Source: Dehalococcoidia bacterium
GTDB lineage: Bacteria; Chloroflexota; Dehalococcoidia; Plut-88900
Assembly: GCA_965197645.1 (NCBI GenBank)
Contig: OZ240219.1
Coordinates: forward strand, 2,528,001-2,592,000
Reading direction: 5' to 3'
DNA length: 64,000 bases
Under the pieces are notes generated by a model that had not been told where the DNA came from, searched no databases, and was given only the letters and a program-made list of their open reading frames with translations. Shown here in pieces: positions 58,279 to 64,000 of the stretch. Numbering within the stretch: the stretch's first letter is position 1; the number at the start of each line of letters is the position of its first letter. The position numbers were made by a program, and so were the translations under genes.

Positions 58279-59373
58279 CTAGTCCAGGTACTTGGCCAGC
58301 CGTTTGGGGAGGCGGTCCCTTCTCTCGAATCCGGTCCACTGGACGTTGGCCAGGTATTGAACCAGGAAGTCTCTTATGAGGCCGTTGACGCGCTTCATTC
58401 CCGTGCGCATCCCTTCCACGTCGCCGCCCATGATGATCGCCAGCGCTTCGGGCAGCACCGGATCGTTCAGCTCCCGTGCGAACACCCGTTCACCCTGGTC
58501 GAGTAGCTGGTTGAACACGGCCTCTTGGTCCGGCTGATGTGCGAGGGCATAGCGAAGGTGTTGCAGCCCGTACGCCAGGTGCCTCGACTTGTCTTGCAGG
58601 CATAGACCGAAGATCGCCTTTTCCGCCGGGTTGTGGGCAAAGGCCTCGCCGTAGCGATACAGGATCTGCGTATAGGTGCCCCGCAGCAGGTGCATGAACA
58701 GGCTCACGATGCTCCATCCGCCCCTCACCTCCAGGATGACCCGGTTCACGTCTCCCCTGCTCTCCAGCCCCAGGCCGCCCCCGTTGGCCAGCGCCCTCTT
58801 GCGGAACACCTCGAAGTGAATTCCCGCGTCCATCGCTTCCCGGGCCAGGTGCAGCTTCACCTCGTGATATCCGTAGGACATGTAGCGCAGCCACGAGCCG
58901 ATGGCTTCCTGCTCCACGTTGGCGTGATGACACAGCTCGGTGCAAAGCTGGCACATCGCTATCTCCACGTCTTCGGGAAGCGGCTCCAGCGTCTCCCACG
59001 GGATGTCGGTGGCCGAGGACCACCGGCGCTGTATCGCCTCCTCGTACAGCTCGCCGGCGTTGTCCGCCCACAGCTCGTGCTTGTCCTTGATGGTGATGTC
59101 CAAGGGAGGTACTCCCTTGGACGGGTATGAGCCGCGAGGCATCCGGGTCCGGTCGTCGTAGTGGTCGGGAATCTCTCCGTACACCCCCACGTTGAGTGCA
59201 TCCATGGTCAAGCCTTTCTTAGTCGGCTCGACCCGGGTGCCCCACTGGCGGGTGATATTCATCCACCCCAGGTCGGGAGGTGGGAGCTCCTCGTCACTGG
59301 TGTCTTTGACTTCGCGGAGGATCCTCTGGTGCCTAGTATCCGATTTGGATTTATCGGGCTTGGCGCGAGCCAT
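58279..59373 (-). CDS. Ferritin-like protein with degenerate diiron site
   Basis: Paralog of upstream gene (LYEEAIQRRWSSATDIPW) but DAGIH and DKSRH replace DExxH. Confidence 0.8.
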   Translation of the reverse strand: MARAKPDKSKSDTRHQRILREVKDTSDEELPPPDLGWMNITRQWGTRVEPTKKGLTMDALNVGVYGEIPDHYDDRTRMPRGSYPSKGVPPLDITIKDKHELWADNAGELYEEAIQRRWSSATDIPWETLEPLPEDVEIAMCQLCTELCHHANVEQEAIGSWLRYMSYGYHEVKLHLAREAMDAGIHFEVFRKRALANGGGLGLESRGDVNRVILEVRGGWSIVSLFMHLLRGTYTQILYRYGEAFAHNPAEKAIFGLCLQDKSRHLAYGLQHLRYALAHQPDQEAVFNQLLDQGERVFARELNDPVLPEALAIIMGGDVEGMRTGMKRVNGLIRDFLVQYLANVQWTGFERRDRLPKRLAKYLD

Positions 59374-59415
59374 TATGGACCTCCGTTACGGATAGGTTGG
59401 ACCGGGAAGTTGGGG

Positions 59416-60528
59416 CTAAGCCACCAGCTTCATCATCTCGGCGTTGGCCCGACCGTTGGTGAAGCGCTCCGAAAAGCCGGCGGAGTGGACTCGCTGCATG
59501 TACTCCTTGATCTGCCGGCGGCAGATGGCCATGGCCAGCTTGCGTCCCTCATCGATCTTGTCCTTGCCCCCGCCCAGCAGTATCGCCACGGCCTCGCCAC
59601 TGGCGATGTCATTTCCACCCGGATTGAGGGTAGACCTGGTCAGGAAGGACTCGCCTTCGTCCAGATAGGTGTGCAGCTCTTCCCGTCGTTCGGGCTGGGT
59701 CTCGCCGATGTAGCGCAGATGCATTACTCCGAAGGCTACGTGCCGAGACTCGTCCTGGGCGGCCAGCCGGTACATCCGTTTCTCCGCCTCGTTATAGGCC
59801 ATCAGCTCCCCGGTGCGGAACAGGGTCAGAACCGGACCCTCGCCCACGACATGCAGACGGGCCGACATCTCCGAGAAGTCCCGCGCCATATCGACGCTGA
59901 CCAAGTCTCCGCCCGCGTCCCCGCCGATGATCCGCTGCATGATGCCGCCGCCGTTGGCCAGCGCCCTCTTGCGGAACACGTCCAGGTGTCTCGCTTCGTC
60001 GCCCATCTGGGCCAGCAGGAACAGGCGGGGCTCGAAGTAGTCGGGTGTGGTCGCCGAGACCCATCGGCCGGGCACGTCGGCGGCCACGAACTCCACCTCG
60101 GTGAGGAAGGTGGCGAGCTGGCACTCCGCCCTTTCGATGTCGTCGGGCAGCGGTTTGATCGTCTCCCAGGGGATGTCCGTGGCCGAACTCCACTGGCGCT
60201 GCACCGCCTCCTCGTACAGGCTGCCGGCGTTCTGAAGCCAGATGTCCGTCTTGTTTCGTATGGAGTAGTAGCCTACCTGGAAAGCGCCCTCACGAGGCGT
60301 AGAACCCCGAACGCGGCCCGTCATGTTGTCGCTCGTGGCCGGGGTCTCGGCGTAAGAGCCGGCCTCCACGTCATCCAGGGTGAGACCCCGCTTGCCCGGC
60401 TTGGCCTTCATTCCCCACTCGCCCCGCTTGTCCATCCAGCCCAGGTCGGGCTCATAGTCCTCGTTGTAGAAGTTTTCCGGGCTGTTGTCTTCAACCCTCA
60501 GCGCCAAGGCTACTGATCTCTCACTCAT
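59416..60528 (-). CDS. Ferritin-like diiron oxygenase subunit
   Basis: TEVE, DEARH, GEG, DESRH ligand set; ATG 60528 with AGGAG RBS. Confidence 0.82.
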   Translation of the reverse strand: MSERSVALALRVEDNSPENFYNEDYEPDLGWMDKRGEWGMKAKPGKRGLTLDDVEAGSYAETPATSDNMTGRVRGSTPREGAFQVGYYSIRNKTDIWLQNAGSLYEEAVQRQWSSATDIPWETIKPLPDDIERAECQLATFLTEVEFVAADVPGRWVSATTPDYFEPRLFLLAQMGDEARHLDVFRKRALANGGGIMQRIIGGDAGGDLVSVDMARDFSEMSARLHVVGEGPVLTLFRTGELMAYNEAEKRMYRLAAQDESRHVAFGVMHLRYIGETQPERREELHTYLDEGESFLTRSTLNPGGNDIASGEAVAILLGGGKDKIDEGRKLAMAICRRQIKEYMQRVHSAGFSERFTNGRANAEMMKLVA

Positions 60529-60774
60529 GGGGACACTCCTTGTTCTTGAGCCTGAATATCGCCTATCGGAAGTGTACTTTCCCTCGCATATTGTGTCAAC
60601 AAGAATACGCTCGAGGATGTCCTTCACTTTGCTGTTTTGCGACCGGTCTCCCCATACCCACGTTTTCAAATGCGTCCCGTGGGTGTAGAATAATTTCTCG
60701 CACCTCATATCCGATAGCAAGAAGTAGGACCCAGGACAGGGACGCAGGAGCTAGTATCGAACGGAGGGAAGCAG

Positions 60775-61911
60775 ATGGACTACCGTGTAATATCCAGCGA
60801 TGGGCACATTGACATAAACTGGATGCCCGACGACGTGTTCACTTCAGCGGCGCCCAGCGACTTGAAGGACCAGATGCCCCGGGTGGAAGAGGTTCCCAAC
60901 GGCAAGGTCTGGAAGGCCGGCGACAAGACTATGGCCGCCCATGGCGTCTTCGTTATGAGAGATGAAGACCCCTTTACAAGTCCCGCGGACCTGTACCGGG
61001 AAAAGCGGCTGGAGGAGGTGGGATTTGCCCAGGACTCCCGCAACGGCGTCTTCCGGCCCTCGGACCCCGAGCTCCGGATCAAGGACATGGACATAGATGG
61101 CATCGACGCCGAGGTGATCTACGGCCTCGCCTTCGGGCCCGACCAGATCCCCGATGTCCGGGCCCGCAACACCGTCTACCGCATCTACAACGAATGGGCC
61201 GCCGATTTCGCCGCCACCAATCCCGAGAGGCTCGCCACCCTTACCTGCCTGCCCTACGATGACCCCCAGGCCGCCGCAGCAGAGTTGCGCCACGGCGCCG
61301 AGCTGGGAATGAGGGGCGCCGAGCTGAGGATGGACCTGGCCAAGACTCCTATTTTCCAGGAGGACTGGGACGTGGTGTGGCAGACCGCCGCCGATACGAA
61401 CATTCCCATCTCCTTCCACCTTCTCTCGCTTCTGCCTCGTGCGAAGCCGCCCAAGGACAAGTCCTACAGCGAGGTCTACGGGTCCATAGCGCTAACCATG
61501 GCCCAGCTGGACGGCGTGGAGCACCTGAGCACCATCGTCCTCTCCGGCGCATGCGAGCGCTTCCCGGATTTCAAGTTCGTTCTGGGTGAAGCCGGTATCT
61601 CGTGGATACCCTACGTCCTCGACCGGATGGACCACGAGGCCGAAGGCATCGGCGGCCTGAGCATGAAGCCCAGCGACTACTGGCGCCGCCAGGGCTACTC
61701 CACCTTCCAGAAGGAAGGGATTGTCGGCAACGTCATCGATATGGTGGGCGAGGACAACGTGATGTGGGGCAACGACTACCCCCACTCCGACAGCGTCTGG
61801 CCCGATTCCCAGGAGACCATCGAGTGGAACTTCCAGAGCATCAAGGACGAGAGGGTGCAAAGGAAGGTGGTTTGCGAAAACGGGGGCAAGCTCTACGGCT
61901 TCATGAACTGA
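60775..61911 (+). CDS. Amidohydrolase family 2 protein
   Basis: ISSDGH, SFH, GEAG..W, MWGNDYPH. Confidence 0.92.
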   Translation: MDYRVISSDGHIDINWMPDDVFTSAAPSDLKDQMPRVEEVPNGKVWKAGDKTMAAHGVFVMRDEDPFTSPADLYREKRLEEVGFAQDSRNGVFRPSDPELRIKDMDIDGIDAEVIYGLAFGPDQIPDVRARNTVYRIYNEWAADFAATNPERLATLTCLPYDDPQAAAAELRHGAELGMRGAELRMDLAKTPIFQEDWDVVWQTAADTNIPISFHLLSLLPRAKPPKDKSYSEVYGSIALTMAQLDGVEHLSTIVLSGACERFPDFKFVLGEAGISWIPYVLDRMDHEAEGIGGLSMKPSDYWRRQGYSTFQKEGIVGNVIDMVGEDNVMWGNDYPHSDSVWPDSQETIEWNFQSIKDERVQRKVVCENGGKLYGFMN

Positions 61912-61938
61912 TCGTAAAAGCCAACGTGGGAGACCAAG

Positions 61939-61966
61939 AGCGCCTTCCGGCATGCCGGAAGGCGCT
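61939..61966. terminator. Perfect 28-bp palindrome between convergent genes
   Basis: AGCGCCTTCCGGCA|TGCCGGAAGGCGCT. Confidence 0.7.
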
Positions 61967-62005
61967 TTCCGCGTCCCCGTCAAAGTCGATCTATCGCTGG
62001 TCTGC

Positions 62006-62746
62006 CTACACCGCCACTCTTGCTCGGCCTGCCAGCAGCTGACCATACCCTTCGATAGGCCTCTCCCAGCCCATCTTCCGCAGTAGTGCCCAGACCGTCG
62101 CCTGGTTGGCCGTCACCACCGGCTTGCCGGTTGACTCCTCCAGACGCTCCACCACCTCCAACGAACGCCAGCCTGTGCAGGAGCAGAACAGCACGTCTGC
62201 ATCGGGGTGACATTTCTCCAGAGCGAACCGGTAGACCGTTTCCGGGTCGTGGTTGCACATGTTGAACCCCGGCTCGTTGGCATCCGGATGGCCGTCCAGG
62301 TTGAGGACCTGGAACCCCTTCGCCGTAAGATACCCGGTCAGTCTCTGATTGTTCCACCGAGGGTAGGGCGTTACCACCGACACTCTTTTCGCTCCCAGGT
62401 GCTCGAGCGCCTCCACCGCCGAGGGCGTGGTAGCGACCGCGGGGACTCCTCCCTTCTCCTCCATGATTCCCACCAGCTCCCGGTCCCAACCCGGTCCTCG
62501 GTAGAAGCTTCCCGTGGTGCAGCAGTAGCCCAGGGCGTCCACCTGGGCACGGTTCAAGTACGCTATGGCGGACTCCACCTCCGAGTTCATTCTGTCCATC
62601 CTCTCCGCCCCCGAGATGTCCTTGGCATCCCAGAGGCGATGGGTGTGAATCGAGAACTCATCGGTGCCCAGCAGGCGATAGAAATCGGGCTCGGCGGTCC
62701 CGTCCTCCGCCGGCATCATCAGGCCAATCCGCTTTCTCCTGGTCAT
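62006..62746 (-). CDS. Maleate cis-trans isomerase / Asp-Glu racemase family
   Basis: RIGL..P, YCCTTGS, TPY, SCTG, PVVTANQA. Confidence 0.9.
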   Translation of the reverse strand: MTRRKRIGLMMPAEDGTAEPDFYRLLGTDEFSIHTHRLWDAKDISGAERMDRMNSEVESAIAYLNRAQVDALGYCCTTGSFYRGPGWDRELVGIMEEKGGVPAVATTPSAVEALEHLGAKRVSVVTPYPRWNNQRLTGYLTAKGFQVLNLDGHPDANEPGFNMCNHDPETVYRFALEKCHPDADVLFCSCTGWRSLEVVERLEESTGKPVVTANQATVWALLRKMGWERPIEGYGQLLAGRARVAV

Positions 62747-62805
62747 CCTTCAACCTCCCGTACGATGCGGTATCCGCTTCTGGAGCCAAGCAAGAGGATG
62801 AACGG

Positions 62806-63156
62806 CTACTTCGAGTAGCCTTTGTACTCCTCGGCTGGAGGCGAGTATACGTCTACGAACACCACCGGTTCGTCCCCGACCAGCTCGCCCCCGTGCACCA
62901 CGTTGGATGGAGCGTGCCACATCTCGCCGGGGCCGATCTCTCGCGTCTCGTCCCCTACGGTCAGCTTCATGCGCCCGCTGACCATGAAGCTGAACTGCTC
63001 GCGTTCGTGGGAGTGGAGCTCGTATCGGTCGCCGGGATGGAACTCGGCCCACACCAGCTGCATGTTCTGTCCATTCACCACCTTCACCCCTATCTTGGAT
63101 CCCGGAGAGTGATGGGTACCTATGCTGTCCCAGTCGAATATCCTGCCGTTGCTCAT
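62806..63156 (-). CDS. Cupin domain protein
   Basis: HSH.REQ, PSNVVH, DVYSP. Confidence 0.9.
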   Translation of the reverse strand: MSNGRIFDWDSIGTHHSPGSKIGVKVVNGQNMQLVWAEFHPGDRYELHSHEREQFSFMVSGRMKLTVGDETREIGPGEMWHAPSNVVHGGELVGDEPVVFVDVYSPPAEEYKGYSK

Positions 63157-63179
63157 ATGCGTTCTCCTCTTCCGACGAG

Positions 63180-64000
63180 CTAAATGATCGCCAAGGGGTT
63201 CCAGGGAGAGCCAGAGGCGTGGGTCAACCTCAACGGCGCCCCGATAAACAGGAACTGGTAGACCTTATCCCTCGCCAGCTCCTCCAGATCCATGCTCTCC
63301 AGCAGGTACACGCCCAGGTCTCTCAGGGCGTATCGATGCAAGGGTGCGCTGTTGTAGGGAATGCCCTTCAGCTCCACCGTGGGGTGGTCGGCGCCCAGCG
63401 CGCAGACGTCGTGCTCCTTGAGCCACGGCGCCAGTGATCCATCGGGTCCGGGGAAGGATGACTTCCACAGGTCGTGGTCCGTATAGAATAGGGTGTACCA
63501 TCCGGTGCGAATCAGCACGATATCGCCGGCTTCGAAGCTGATTCCCTGTGCCTGCGCCGCTCCGTCCAGGTCGTCGGCCGTCACAACGTACCGGGGTTCC
63601 AGGTGGTCCATCCCCTTGTAGGCCGGCAGGTCCAGCATGACGCCTCGGCCTACCATGTACCGCACGTTCTCGATCCCGTTCTTCCCGACCCCTTCGCTGC
63701 TGACCTCCTCGGATGGATGGCGATTGTACATCTGGTTCTCGGCCCAAACGTGCCCCAGGGCGTCTATGTGCGTGCCCGAGTGAACCTCCATGGATATCTT
63801 GTCATCTACGAAATCGACTTCCGGGTTCTCCATGTGCGCGGTGTGACACACCCTCCAAGTCTTATGGAACTCGGGAAGCTGAGGCCCGTCCCTTTCCAGC
63901 GGAACCGCCAGGCTGTAAATCCGGCCCTCCTTCACCATGTCGAAAGCGTTGAGGACCACGTCCTTCGTAAGCAGGTTCAGGGCGCCCCGCTGGTCATCGG
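63180..64000 (-). CDS. Cyclase / kynurenine formamidase family, 5'-truncated
   Basis: DQRGALN, HSGTHIDALGH, LIRTG, GAD, GSP.NP. Confidence 0.9.
   Translation of the reverse strand, partial: DDQRGALNLLTKDVVLNAFDMVKEGRIYSLAVPLERDGPQLPEFHKTWRVCHTAHMENPEVDFVDDKISMEVHSGTHIDALGHVWAENQMYNRHPSEEVSSEGVGKNGIENVRYMVGRGVMLDLPAYKGMDHLEPRYVVTADDLDGAAQAQGISFEAGDIVLIRTGWYTLFYTDHDLWKSSFPGPDGSLAPWLKEHDVCALGADHPTVELKGIPYNSAPLHRYALRDLGVYLLESMDLEELARDKVYQFLFIGAPLRLTHASGSPWNPLAII

Noticed and set aside
31055-64000. Distal GGCCCACCA att copy closing the ICE
   Set aside because: Not found by eye in intergenic regions; a near match at ~33210 lies inside a gene. A computational scan is needed

Overview
GC-rich bacterial window, probably Dehalococcoidia (SAR202-like Chloroflexota, possibly sponge-associated); this is inferred from gene content only. 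It opens with the 3' end of a CAT-anticodon tRNA, followed by a decayed 5.6 kb island (Ig-like secreted protein, MMPL transporter, AKR/IS5/HsdR fragments) bounded by a 9-bp repeat of the tRNA 3' end. Next is a ~25.4 kb integrative conjugative element (ICE): hybrid kinase-regulator, FN3 and TPR cargo, several XRE-HTH genes, a repeat-rich non-coding control region, a minimal T4SS, coupling protein, Replic_Relax-type relaxase, clan AA protease, RHH protein and large serine recombinase. The main finding is that the ICE is flanked by INVERTED quasi-palindromic sites (YGGTA-TC-TWCCG). One lies inside the recombinase 3' end, and an in-frame alternative recombinase C-terminus lies 25 kb away on the opposite strand, running through the tRNA att core. 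This suggests the whole element has flipped and that orientation switches the integrase tail. From 31 to 64 kb the window looks chromosomal: voltage-gated channel, SulP plus carbonic anhydrase, a partner-switching operon, an SBP fusion, RNase D and a catabolic enzyme cluster. All calls come from reading the sequence; no searches were run.
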